Shown: in pieces, positions 25,872 through 38,628 of the stretch
Layout: each line of letters opens with the position of its first letter
Numbering within the stretch: the stretch's first letter is position 1
Source: Euprymna scolopes
Lineage: Eukaryota
Direction: 5' to 3' (one strand)
Length of the DNA stretch: 64,000 nt
Assembly: GCA_053919585.1 (NCBI GenBank)
Contig: CM132790.1
Made by a program: the position numbers and the translations under genes
Notes under the pieces: model-generated
Database searches by the model: none
What the model saw: the letters and a program-made list of their open reading frames with translations, nothing else
What the model was told of the DNA's origin: nothing

Positions 25872-27001
25872 AGATGAATAAGATGATCTTAATAAACTAA
25901 CAGCCATTTCCGTTATAGAAGTCTTTGTAAATGGTGTGTAATATTTTATTGTGAATTCAATTTAATGTCTAATGTCCATTTAAAAGTTTGTTAGTTTAAT
26001 TGACATGAAATATTTTGAAAGTATTGATTGGCATTTCCTGATATAAAATTTTAAAATTCTATATGACAAGCGTATTTAAGCGTATTTTACGACTAGTAAA
26101 TAATAAATTAAAAAAAATGATAACGTTTATAAAATGAGAAGAATTAAATTTAACTATCATATATGCAGAATAACTTAGTTTAAAAAACGTTTAAGAAATA
26201 GCATAGATTAAGTGAACAGTAATTGTTACTAATAAGGTCAAATAAGCCATTTCGTCAGACAAACTTTCACAAACTAACAGATACACATGGTTCTTATATG
26301 GTAACAATAAATGACTCGGAGAAAACATTTAAACATATGTATCTTGGTGTATAACGCGCAAGCATTTACGTATATAGTGTGATTGAAAAATTGATGGCAT
26401 GACTTCAAGATAATTTTCTATGTGTAAGAGTTTCTTTGTGTGTCGGTGGCTTTATTATATAACACGCCATTATTAGCCTTATTTATTTATAGTCCGTTTC
26501 CTCCACTGCTTTTGATTTGTGCTAACGTTTATTTTTAGCGTAATCTGTTACGTTGAGATGAGAAAGGCGAACATTCGCAGGATGCCATAGGGATCCATAT
26601 GTTGTAATAATCAACAATAAGAGACTTCTGTCGACTGTGACAATCAGATCTTTCTGTGGGGTACAATGTTTTTATATTTTTGCATAAATACGTCTGATAA
26701 AGTACTGTGAAATAAAAATAAATATGTGTTACAGAAATGTCATGGACTTCGGTGGAAATAGATTGTCATGAAACAGCACAGTTGAAGGTGTATAAGAACT
26801 TGCCTAATAACAATTATAATATATAAATAATTATAAAACGAACGAAAAAATTCAAAAGATGAGTGAAAGCAACTATCATTGTACTATAAATATAAGCTTA
26901 TTGTTTCAGGCCAGAACAAGTAACAACAAAGTTATAACATGATGAATAAATGTTGGAACATAAACGAATAAATACACAAATATATGTAAATAGATATAAA
27001 C

Positions 27002-30000
27002 ATGGTGCTAGTATTGTAACTACAGGAGCTTCCTTTGGGATACCTGGATATTGTGTTGTTGCACCAGGAGCTCGTGTTCGGAGAGCTGGAGGTTGTGTTG
27101 CTGAATCAGGACCAATCGTAGGGATGCCTACACGTTGTGTTGCTAATGATGGAGCTGGTGTTGGGATAGCTGAAGGTTGTTTTGTTGCACTATGAACTGG
27201 TGTTGCACTAGGAGCTTGGGTTGGGACACTTTGAGGCTGTGTTGTTGAACCAGGACCTGGGGTTGGAATACCTGGATGTGGTGTTGCTACTACAGGAGGT
27301 GGTGTTGAAACATCTAGAGGTTGTGTTGTAATAGCAGTAGCTGATGTTGCGATACCTGGATGTTGTATTGTAGGACCAGGAGCTAATGTTGGGAAAGCTG
27401 AAGATTGTGTTGTTGCACCAATAGCTAGTGTCGAAATACCTGGAGATTGTCTTGTTACACCAGAAACAGGTGTTGAGATAACTGGGAGTTGTATTATTGC
27501 ATCAGAAGCTCGTGTTGGGATAGCTGGAGGTTGTGTTGTTGCACCAGAAGCTGGTGTTGGCATATGTGGAGGTTGCGTTGTGACTCCAGATGCTGGAGTT
27601 GTTACAACTGTATGTTCAGTTGATGCACCAGAACTTAGCATTGATCTATCAGGAGTTGATTTTGTTATACCAGTAGTTGGTGTTAGGGTACTTGGAAGTT
27701 GTGTTGTTGCACCATTAACTGAAATTCGGATATCTGGAGTTTGTGCTGTTGCACAAGGAGTTTGTGCTGGGACACCTGGAGTTGTTACACCAAGATTTGG
27801 TGTTGGGATAAATAGAGATTTTGTTTTTGAAACAAGAGCTGGGGTGGAGATATATGGAGGTATTATTGTTGCACCAGAAGTTGGTGTTAAAATACTTGGA
27901 GGTTGTGTTGTTGTCCGATAAGATAGTATTGGGACACCTGCAAGTTGCGACTTTGCACTAGGAGCTTGTGTTGGCATACTTGGAAGTTGTGTTTTTGCAC
28001 CAAGTCCTGGTGTTGGGACACCTGCAGGTTGTAGTTTAGCTCTAGGGGCTGGGGTTGGGACACTTGGAGTATGAATTGATACACCAGAAACTGATGTTGA
28101 GATAACTGGAGGTTGTATTATTGCATACGAAGCTGATGTTGTGATAGCTGGAGGTTGTGTTATTGTATCAGAAGCTGGTGTTGGGATAGCTGGAGGTTGT
28201 ATTATTGTATCAGAAGCTGGTGTTGGGATAGCTGGAGGTTGTATTATTGTATCAGAAGCTGGTGTTGGGATAGCTGGAGGTTGTATTATTTTATCAGACG
28301 CTGGTGTTGGGATAGCTGGAGGTTGTATTATTATATCAGAAGCTGGTGTTGGGATAGCTGGATGTTGCATTATTTTATCAGACGCTGGTGTTGGGATAGC
28401 TGGAGGTTGTATTATTTTATCAGACGCTGGTGTTGGGATAGCTGGAGGTTGTATTATTTTATCAGACGCTGGTGTTGGGATAGCTGGAGGTTGTATTATT
28501 GTATCAGAAGCTGGTGTTTGGATAGCTGGAGGTTGTATTATTTTATCAGACGCTGGTGTTGGGATAGCTGGAGGTTGTATTATTTTATCAGACCCTGGTG
28601 TTGTGATAGCTGGAGGTTGTATTATTGTATCAGAAGCTGGTGTTTGGATAGCTGGAGGTTGTATTATTGTATCAGAATCTGGTGTTGGGATAGCTGGAGG
28701 TTGTATTATTGTATCAGAAGCTGGTGTTGGGATAGCTGGAGGTTGTATTATTGTATCAGAAGCTGGTGTTGGGATAGCTGGAGGTTGTATTATTATATCA
28801 GAAGCTGGTGTTGGGATAGCTGGAGGTTGTATTATTTTATCAGAAGCTGGTGTTGGGATAGCTGGAGGTTGTATTATTTTATCAGAAGCTGGTGTTGGGA
28901 TAGCTGGAGGTTGTATTATTATATCAGAAGCTGGTGTTGGGATAGCTGGAGGTTGTATTATCTTATCAGAAGCTGGTGTTGGGATAGCTGGAGGTTGTAT
29001 TATTGTATCAGAAGCTGGTGTTTGGATAGCTGGAGGTTGTATTATTTTATCAGATGCTGGTGTTGGGATAGCTGGAGGTTGTATTATTGTATCAGAAGCT
29101 GGTGTTTGGATACCTGGAGGTTGTATTATTGTATCAGAAGCTGGTGTTTGGATAGCTGGAGGTTGTATTATTTTATCAGATGCTGGTGTTGGGATAGCTG
29201 GAGGTTGTATTATTGTATCAGAAGCTGGTGTTGGGATAGCTGGAGGTTGTATTATTGTATCAGAATCTGGTGTTGGGATAGCTGGAGGTTGTATTATTGT
29301 ATCAGAATCTGGTGTTGGGATAGCTGGAGGTTGTATTATTGTATCAGAATCTGGTGTTGGGATAGCTGGAGATTGTATTATTGTATCAGAAGCTGGTGTT
29401 GGGATAGCTGGAGGTTGTGTTATTGTATCAGAAGCTGGTGTTGGGATAGCTGGAGGTTGTGTTATTGTATCAGAAGCTGGTGTTGGGATAGCTGGAGGTT
29501 GTATTATTTTATCAGAATCAGGTGTTGGGATAGCTGGAGGTTGTATTATTGTATCAGAATCTGGTGTTGGGATAGCTGGAGATTGTATTATTGTATCAGA
29601 AGCTGGTGTTGGGATAGCTGGAGGTTGTATTATTTTATCAGACGCTGGTGTTGGGATAGCTGGAGGTTGTATTATTTTATCAGACGCTGGTGTTGGGATA
29701 GCTGGAGGTTGTATTATTGTATCAGAAACTTGTGTTGGGATAGCTGGAGGTTGTATTATTGTATCAGAAGCTGGTGTTGGGATAGCTGGAGGTTGTATTA
29801 TCTTATCATACACTGGTGTTGTGATAGCTGGAGGTTGTATTATTGTATCAGAAGCTGGTGTTGGGATAGCTGGAGGTTGTATTATTGTATCAGAAGCTGG
29901 TGTTGGGATAGCTGGAGGTTGTATTATTGTATCAGAAGCTGGTGTTGGGATAGCTGGAGGTTGTATTATTGTATCAGAAGCTGGTGTTGGGATAGCTGGA

Positions 30001-33000
30001 GGTTGTATTATTGTATCAGAAGCTGGTGTTGGGATAGCTGGAGGTTGTATTATTGTATCAGAATCTGGTGTTTGGATAGCTGGAGGTTGTATTATTGTAT
30101 CAGAAGCTGGTGTTGGGATAGCTGGAGGTTGTATTATTGTATCAGAATCTGGTGTTGGGATAGCTGGAGGTTGTATTATTGTATCAGAAGCTGGTGTTGG
30201 GATAGCTGGAGGTTGTATTATTGTATCAGAAGCTGGTGTTGGGATAGTCTGAGATTGTATTTTTGTATCAGAAGCTGGTGTTGGAGCATGTGGATGTTGC
30301 ATTGTGACTCTAGAAACTGGACTTGAGACAGCTGTACATTCAGTTGATGTACCAGAACCTGGCATTATACTCCCAGGAGTTGGTTTTCTTACAAGAGTAG
30401 GTGGGATTGAGACACCTGGAAGTTGTGTTGGTTCATCGGAAGCTGGCATTTGCATACTTTGTGGAAATGTTGTTGCATAGAGAACTGGAGTTGGGATAAG
30501 TGAAAGTTGAGTTGTTGCACCTGGAGTTGTTAGCACATCTGAGATCTGTTTTGTTGCCTGACGTGCATGTGTTGGAACAGCTGGAGGTTGTGTTGTTGCA
30601 CCAGGAGCTAGTGTTGGGACTCGTGGAGGTTGCGTTGTAACTTTGGAAGCTGGAGTTGAGACAGATGTACATTCAGTTGGTGCACGAGAACCTGGCATTA
30701 GCTTAGCAGGAGTTAGTTTTCTTACACTAGTAGTTGGTGTTGGGACACCTGGAGGTTGTGTTGTTTCATCGGAAGCTGGCCTATGCATACTCGATGGATG
30801 TGTTGTTGTATGGAGAGCTAGGGTTGGGATAGGTGGAAGTTGAGTTGTTGCACCTGGAAGTAGCGTTGGCACACCTAGAATCTGTTTTGTTGCATGAGGT
30901 GCATGTGTTGGGACACCTGGAGATTGTGTTTTTGTACCAGGAGCTAGGTTTAGAACACCTGGAGGTCGTGTCATTGCACCAGGTGCAGGTGTTGGCACAC
31001 CTGGAGGTAGTTTTGTTAAACCACGAACTAGGCTAGGGGCACTTAGAGCTTGTGTTGTTGCACTAATAGCTGATGTTGGCATATCAGGAGGTTGTACTAT
31101 TGAACCAGGAACTGGTGTTGGGATATCTGGAAGTTGTTTTGTTGCAGGAGTAATTGATGTTGGGATACCAAGAGATTGTGTTATAACAGCAGTAGTTGAG
31201 GCTGGGAAACCTGGTGGTTGTGATGTTACATCTGAAGCTTGGCTTAATACACCTTGATGTTGTTTTGTGGCACTAGGAGCTGACGTTGGGATTAATGGAG
31301 GTTGTGTTTTTGAAGCAGAATTTAGGATTTTAACACCTAGAGGTTTTGTTGTAGCACAAGAAACTGATGTGGGGATAATTGTGAGTTGTGTTGTTGAACT
31401 AGAAGCTGGTATTGGCACGTCTGAAGATTGTGTTTTAACACCAGGTGCTTGTGTTGGGACACCTGGAGATTGTACTTTTAGTCTATGAACTTGAGTTGGG
31501 ACAACTGATAGTTCAATTGTTACACTGGAAGTTAGTGTTTGCATATCTGAAGGCTGTGTAGTTGCATGGGGAATTAAGGTTGAGACAGTTAGAGGTTGAG
31601 TTATTGCACCTGGAGCTGGTGTTGGCACACCTGGAAGTGTTGGTGTTAGCATATCTGGAGGTTTTTTTATTGAACCAAGAGCCAGGGTTCTGACCCGTGG
31701 AGTTTGTGTTGCTGAAGTAGGAGCTGGTGTTGAAATATGTATAGGTTGTCTTATATGAGAAACTAGTGGTGGGACATCTGGAGGTTGTGGTTTTGAATTA
31801 GGAGCTGGGGTTGTGACACCTAGAACTTCTGTTGTTGCACTATGAGCTGATGTTGTCATACCTGGAGGTTGTGCTGTTGAACCAGGAGCTGGTGTTAGGA
31901 TACCAAGAGCTTGTGTTGTTACACCAGCAGCTAGTGTTGGGAAACCTGGTGATTGTACTGTTACACCTGGAGCTTGGATTAGGACACCTCGATGTTGTGT
32001 TGTTGCCTTAGGAGCTGGGGTTGGGACCCATAGAGGTTGTGTTTTTGAAGCAGGAGCTAGAGTTTTGACACCTAGAGATAGTGTTGTTGCACAAGAAACT
32101 GATGTTAGGATACTTGGAATGTGTGCTGTTGCACCAGAAGTTGGTCTTATGATACCTGAAGTTTGTATTGTTGCTGGTGTTGGTGCTCCTACAGGTTGTA
32201 TTGTTGCAACAGGAGCTGGTGTTGGCACACCTGAAAGCTGTGTTTTTACATTAGGTGCTCGTGTTGAGACACCTGGGGGTTGTGTTGAGACACCTGGGGG
32301 TTGTGTTCTTACTCTAGGAACTGGCGTTTGCATACCCGGAAGTTGTGTTGTTGCATGGAAGACTATGGTTGGGAGAGATGCAGGTTGAAGTGTTGCACTT
32401 AGAGTTGATGTTGACTCATCTGAAAGTTGTTTTAGTGCATTAGGAGTGTGTGTTGGGTCAGCTTGAGGGTGTGTTGTTGAACCAGGAGCTGGACTTGGGA
32501 CACCCAGGGGTAAAGTTATTACACCAGGTGTTGGTCTTTGCACACCTTGAGCCTGTGTTGTTGCACCAAGAGCTAATGTTGGCATACCTGGAAGTTGTAC
32601 TGTTGAACAGGGAGCAGTTGTTGGGATACCTGAACGTTGTTTTGTTGCAATAGAAACTTTAGTTGGCATACCAAGAGCTTGTATTGTTATATTGACAGCT
32701 GGGGTTGGGAAACCTGGTGGTTGTGCTGTTACACCTGGAGCTTGAGTTAATACACCTTGATGTTGTGTTGTTGCACTAGGAGATGGTGTTGGGACCCATG
32801 GAGATTGTGTTTTTAAAACAGGAGCTGAGGTTTTGACACCTAGAAGTTGTGTTGTAGCACAGGAAACTGATGTTGGGATACTTGGAGGTTGTGTTATTGA
32901 AGCAGAAGCTGGTGTCAAAACACCTGGAGGTTGTGTTTTTTCACCAAGAGCTGGTGTTGGGACACCTGGAGGTTGTTCTCTTGCATTAGGAGCTGATGTT

Positions 33001-33364
33001 TGGATACCTGGATATTCTGTTGTTACACTATATGCTTGGGTTGGGATAGCTGAATGCTTTGTTAGTCTAGGAGCTGGTGTTGGGATATCTTTAGGTTTTG
33101 TTGTTGCACTAGAAGCTGATGTTGGGATAACTGAAAGTCGTGTTGTTGCATGAGGAGCTGGGATTGGAGCACCTGGAGCTTGTGTTGGTGCTCCAGGAGC
33201 TGGGGTTGGGACACCTGGATGCTGAGTTTTTGCATCAAGTACTGGTATTGGAATACCTGAAGGTTGTGTTGTTTGTTGAGGAGCTGTTGTTGGGACACCT
33301 GCAGGCGGCGTTGTTGTCTTTGTTAGGGCTGGTGTAGTTAAACCTGATACTTGTGCTGTTACAG
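27002..33364 (-). CDS. Giant Pro/Thr-rich mucin exon (6,363 nt, 2,121 codons)
   Basis: Core of the 2163-aa ORF. Acceptor atttttcAG|CT GTA ACA. Donor is either CCAT|GTTTAT at 27000-27001 (weak) or CCAG|GTATCC 42 nt earlier (exon end 27044); both are phase 1. Confidence 0.9.
28130..30290 (-). repeat. 42-bp coding minisatellite, ~51 copies of PPAIPTPASDTIIQ
   Basis: Plus-strand unit gaagctggtgttgggatagctggaggttgtattattgtatca repeated in tandem without visible indels. Confidence 0.97.
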
Positions 33365-35226
33365 CTGAAAAATATTTTATTTCAATCATATTAATAGTTA
33401 ATCTGATTAGAAATGTGATGATAAAGTACTAGTATTAAAAGAAACTATTATTAAAACTGTATTTGTGTCTTGAATTGTACATTTTCTAGGATAGTGTGTA
33501 GATTGTGAACTGCCTCATTTCTAAATCAAATAAATGTATATCAATTGATAATTGTTGATTTTAATTTACTGATATATTTTGTGCTTTAAATTCTTGTTTG
33601 ATAGCGATCAAGTGATTCAGATGATAACATATTTATGTATAAGATGTGATTTGTATTCATGCAACCAACACATTTTAGACACTCACTCTACTAAGTTATT
33701 GTAAAATATTTCAATCCATTCTGCAGATTAGTAAAATTACTAGATAAATAGGCATCCTAAGACAGGTAAAATTCATTTTCCAAACAGAACCATTTTTCCC
33801 TGCCTTGATGTTTCCTCACAAAGATTAAAATCAATGTATTATGACAATAAACCTTATGTATAGAATCCTTATTCCAATTTTGGTCAAACTCAATTAAAGA
33901 ATTGAAATGTTTCAAAATGTCTAGAACTTATTGCTTAAGCTTAAGGTGTCTTTAAGAAGAAATTGAACCCAGAGAATCTTGCTTGATTGGTGTCTTATGA
34001 CCATGGATAAAATTTCATGAAATTCTTAAATATATGAATATTCAAATCACAGGTTATTTCCATCGGTGTCTGCTAAACTCTTTTAACATACTCCAAATAA
34101 ACTGAAAGTTGGGGAATATTGTGTACCAGGAGAAACCTTCACATGCTTTCCCACAGTGACTTAGTCCAAAATATATTGTAGGCTACATTGCATTGTAGAG
34201 AACCTACTGTTTATTTTATAAAATTATTTTTATATATAACGTCTTGAATTAAAGTTTAAAATGCAAAAGTCAAGTATCATGGTTCAATGTGCTCTTAACA
34301 CAAACATTGATTTGAATGCGCCACTGTCATACCAAAGAATCTACTGTTAATTTTATAATGGAAGTTTAAAATAAAAATGTCAAGTATCATTGTTCAATTG
34401 TGCATTAAGAAGAAACATTCATTGCGAACGTGCTTCTGTCATATCAAAGAACCTACTATTGACTTTATATGTTGGGTGTTTCTGTTTGTGTGCTAATAAA
34501 ACTTCTCAATTGCCCTTGTGTTGTTAGGCTGTATAAAATGTTAACTTTGGTCAAAATCGCCTGTTCTTTTTTTCCATTGGATTTTTTTCGATTATCGATA
34601 CTTATTGAAGACATTCAGATGTAAAATGTATCTAAGAACACTGCCGAATACATAAAGTGAATTTGTGTGAAATTTCATAAAAATCGATCCAGACACAGAT
34701 AAAGTTGATTTTATATAATAGTAGAGAAACATATATTTTATATATGTGACAATATTCAAGTAAATTAATTTTTGTTATATAAAATGCTTCTTTAATAATT
34801 ACTAACGGTATCTTTATGGTGTTGTCCGAGATTTAGTTGCATTATTTTAACTTTTAGTTTGTTTGCAAATATCTAAATTGGAAGTAAACAGATTCTATTT
34901 AATTTTTCAATTTTAGAAAATACTTTTTCCGTTTCTTAATTCATATTTGCTGTTGATAAGCTAACATTTTATATAATCATTCGTATGGACTGTATAAGTA
35001 AGTTTTCAAATAGCTATGTACGTTATTTTATTGCTCGGGACATGAAAAACAATAAGCATGAAAATTATCAATGAAAAGGTAAGTCAACATTTGCTTCATA
35101 AATTATAGTCGAGTCTGACTTTAAAAATCCGACAATGCAACTTTATATGTTGGATAAACCCAGAATGATTAAATTGAATTATCATATCTGCAAAAATCAT
35201 TTGAATGGGAAATTAACATGGTTAAC

Positions 35227-36933
35227 TGTTGTAGGGGCTTATCTGTTTGTTAATAATGGACTCTTCCTACTATAAAGACTGGGAGAATGTGCCTCTTGAC
35301 GTTATAAACAACTGTTGTAGTGTAGCCTTATGGAGAAAAATAAACTCTTATTATAAAGACACTAATATTAAACCTTTCAGCATTATTCACAAGTTATGCA
35401 CACTTGGTAATCAGGCTGCTGATTACAAAAGTTTGAAATCTTTACTTTTCCTATCAAAGTCGCACCAACAATTTTCCAGCAAGTTATGGACACTTTGCTG
35501 GAGGAACTTCATTTTTACGATCGCTTACTGACATGAAATCTTAATAAATAGTAAAAGTATTGAAACGCTGGAAACATGCCCAAAGTGTGTTTTCACAAAT
35601 ATGGGACTATGGGCTCAAAATAAAAATAAGAAGAATGTGATTTCTTCATGAAAGAACTCAAATATCTGGGTCATATCATAGATAAAGACGACAGGTGGCC
35701 AGATTCTGAATGGACCACTACAATTAAAGAGATGTCATCTATTAAAAGGTTACGTCTATGAAGAGTTTCCTGAGATTAGAAAATTATTACCAAGCATTTA
35801 TTGCACACAGTTCTCCATCTTTTACTGAAAAACTTTATAAAAATAAGGTTTGGAAATTGACACTCATTGTTCAAGAATACATGTGAACTTTGATGGACCG
35901 TAAGAAGAGTTCTGCTATCTTATTATAGTAGATAGTTACATAAAATTGCTAGAATGATTTAGATGTATGGAAAACATTACATAGGAAATGATAAACCTCT
36001 GGCATGAATTGTTGGTCTGATTTGGGGTTTGATCAATGATTGATAACAGAACTCAATTAACGTTGACTGATTTTGAAGTGCTGTGTAACAATTTCCAAAT
36101 AAAACACATTAGCACCTCTCTGTACCATCCCTGTTAAAACGGCCAGGCAAAGTGTTTTGATCGACACCCTAAAAAACTCCTAAAACATCGCGGCACGCCT
36201 AGAGAAAAGGCCTTAAAGCAATTTTTATGAGTGTATAGGATGATACTAAGCACAAAGATAACTCTTCATTATATCCAGCAGAATTGGTGTTTGCTCGAAA
36301 AATGAAGATCAGTATTTTTAAAAAATTGCTGCCTAAACAAAACATGGGCGAACATCTAAAGTACCAAAGAATCAGTACATTTCAGGTGAAAAGATGTTTT
36401 TTAAGATATGTAAAACAATACATTCTTTTGAGTATATGTTACTATAGAAAAGAATATCGGAAATATAGTCTACATAATCTGAGGCTCTCAGTAATCAAAT
36501 TAGAAAGCAGCCCTTAGATGAAACTTACAGTACGTTACAGGAACATGTAGCAATAGATGCCATTTATGACACCTTAGACCTGGAAGTATTTAAAACAGCC
36601 CCAGAAGAGCAACACTCCTAAAGAAAACAAAAGTTGTTAGACCTTATCAGGATCAACCCAAAGAGAAAATGATACCGAGACTCCTGCAAAGTTAAGGTCT
36701 GGGAGGGAGGTTGTTGTAGTGCTCATCTTACAAATAATAATGAATGCTTCCTATTACTATAAAGACATGAAGAACTTACCTTACAGCGTTATGCACAAAG
36801 TACGCATACATGGCAGTTGGACTGATGTATAACCATTCTTTTTATTTGTTTTATTTATTTTCCTGTTTAGTATATTTTGTTTCAAGTAAATCTAAAATTG
36901 TGTCTTTCTTTATGACCCTTCTTGTGTACAACA
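35227..36933 (+). mobile_element. Decayed Ty3/Gypsy element with LTRs
   Basis: 3' LTR TGTTGTAG...TACAACA at 36712-36933 is preceded by the PPT gggagggagg. Related TGTTGTAG starts occur at 35227 and ~35312. Pol traces KYLGHIIDKD and integrase-like YHP..NGQA. Flanks ttaac / ataac suggest a 5-bp TSD. Confidence 0.8.
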
Positions 36934-37291
36934 ATAACTGAATATGTTATGCTTAATCTTATGTCAAAGAGAATATCAGTATGTCACTGAAATGCAATGG
37001 GTAAACTTAATCGCGATTGCTATATAATATGATAAATTAAAGTAAATAATATTATGTTTGGCATATGACAACGATGAAAAGATAATTTTTTATTAGTATC
37101 GAACATTATTATGCAGCAAATACAATGTTTAAACGGAATTCTTCTATGGACATGCATAGAAAAGCATACAAATATACACAGACATATGCATATTTAAATA
37201 TCAACATCTATGCATATACAAATATATGAGAATTTGGAAATACAAGATATATACTGCAAAACCTTCAAACTTTTTTTATTTTTCAAATAAC

Positions 37292-38628
37292 TTTTTTTAT
37301 ACTGCTTTTTCACCCTAAACGAGGCACAATACCACTTGGGCCTAACGGGCTACTATGTAGGATCAAATTTGCAAGGATACTAAATAGGGAGTTGAGCAGC
37401 AGAATGTCTGTTCATATTACATTTGAACTTCTGCATGTCATTACAGTCAGGATAGCAGGAACTCGAGAGGAAATTTCAAAATATAACCGTTTGGGAAAAT
37501 AAATTATTTGAGTAGAAGGCTTTTAAGCATCTAGGAATGTTTATAGTTTAAGAGTGGGATTTTTCTGCTTGTTGGGTTAGTCAAGAGTATTTACATCGAT
37601 TGCTAAATATGCTTGCAGTTTGCCAGAGCATTTTCTATTAAAATACTTGTAAAATAGGCACATGGAGGCAATATTGAGGCAGTGGGACAGAGGTTAGAAT
37701 TTGGTTGACAGTGCAGGACCTATTAGGTTGGCGACTCTATTTTGAACCCTGTATAGGAGTGAGAAAATAGTAGCAGATTAACTATCCCAGATGTGACAAC
37801 AATACTCCATGCATAAGCGAATGGTGGCCTTGTAGAAGTACAGGATACTCTCGGACATGAGTAATTTTCTAGCATGATAGAGAGAGCTCATCTTCTTCCC
37901 AGCAGCTTGGCAATGCCCTCAATATATGTGCTCTAATTCATGTTCCCTGTGAACATTTAACCAAGGAATTTGAATGAAAAGATTTCAGGTAGCGCATCAT
38001 TAGTCATGGCTATAAGTGGCTGAAAAGATTTCTTGTAATTATTAAAGGAAATAAGCTTAGTCTTAGCAGCATTGAATGTTACCATCCATTTATGACTTTG
38101 GTCCACCACAGACTGGATGGCTTCCTCTTAAGTTTCAGCCATTTCCTTAGATATGTGTACATTTGTTTTCCCGTCATGTCTGTTACAGAGCATGGTGTCA
38201 TCAGCAAATATGGAAATCTCAGAGAAATATGGCATCCCTGTGCCTGTTTTACAAGTACTTTAATGGAAAGTGTTCAGACAGACTCAAATTACTGGGTCTC
38301 CTCAGCATAAATGCCTGCGACAAACCCAACTGGAAATTCAACTTATAAATAGTGCAACAAACAGCAAAATCCCACCCCCACATTATAAAGATTCCTAGAT
38401 GCCGGAACGCCTTCTACTCAAATAGCTGCTTTCAAACTGCTAGACTTATTTCCCTCCCAGGCCCCTGCTTCCCTGGCTCTATTGATATGTAGAAGTTCAA
38501 GTGTAATGTGAATAGACATTTTGCTACCCAACTCCCTACACTGTGTCCGTGCAAATTTCGTCCCAAATAGTAGCCCCTTACGTCTTAGTGGTACTGTGCA
38601 TATTTGGGGTGAAAAATCAGATAAAAAA
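37292..38628. mobile_element. Two CR1-clade LINE fragments joined head-to-head (minus ~37292-38225, plus ~38225-38628)
   Basis: Minus part has the RT motif ISIFADDT (intact in the copy ORF 61538..61816). Plus part reads ASLCLFYKYFNGKCS..KIPRCR. Both end in the same tail tagtagccc...gggtgaaaaa. Confidence 0.82.

Noticed and set aside
28130-30290. CRISPR-like regular array
   Set aside because: Head-to-tail repeats with no unique spacers, no cas genes, and a eukaryotic coding context.
28141-30326. Two ~700-aa plus-strand ORFs (GIAGGCIIVSEAGV and WCWDSWRLYYCIRS repeats)
   Set aside because: The 42-bp unit has no stop in those frames, so tandem repetition keeps them open. They end at the array edges, while the minus frame continues for kilobases with splice sites.
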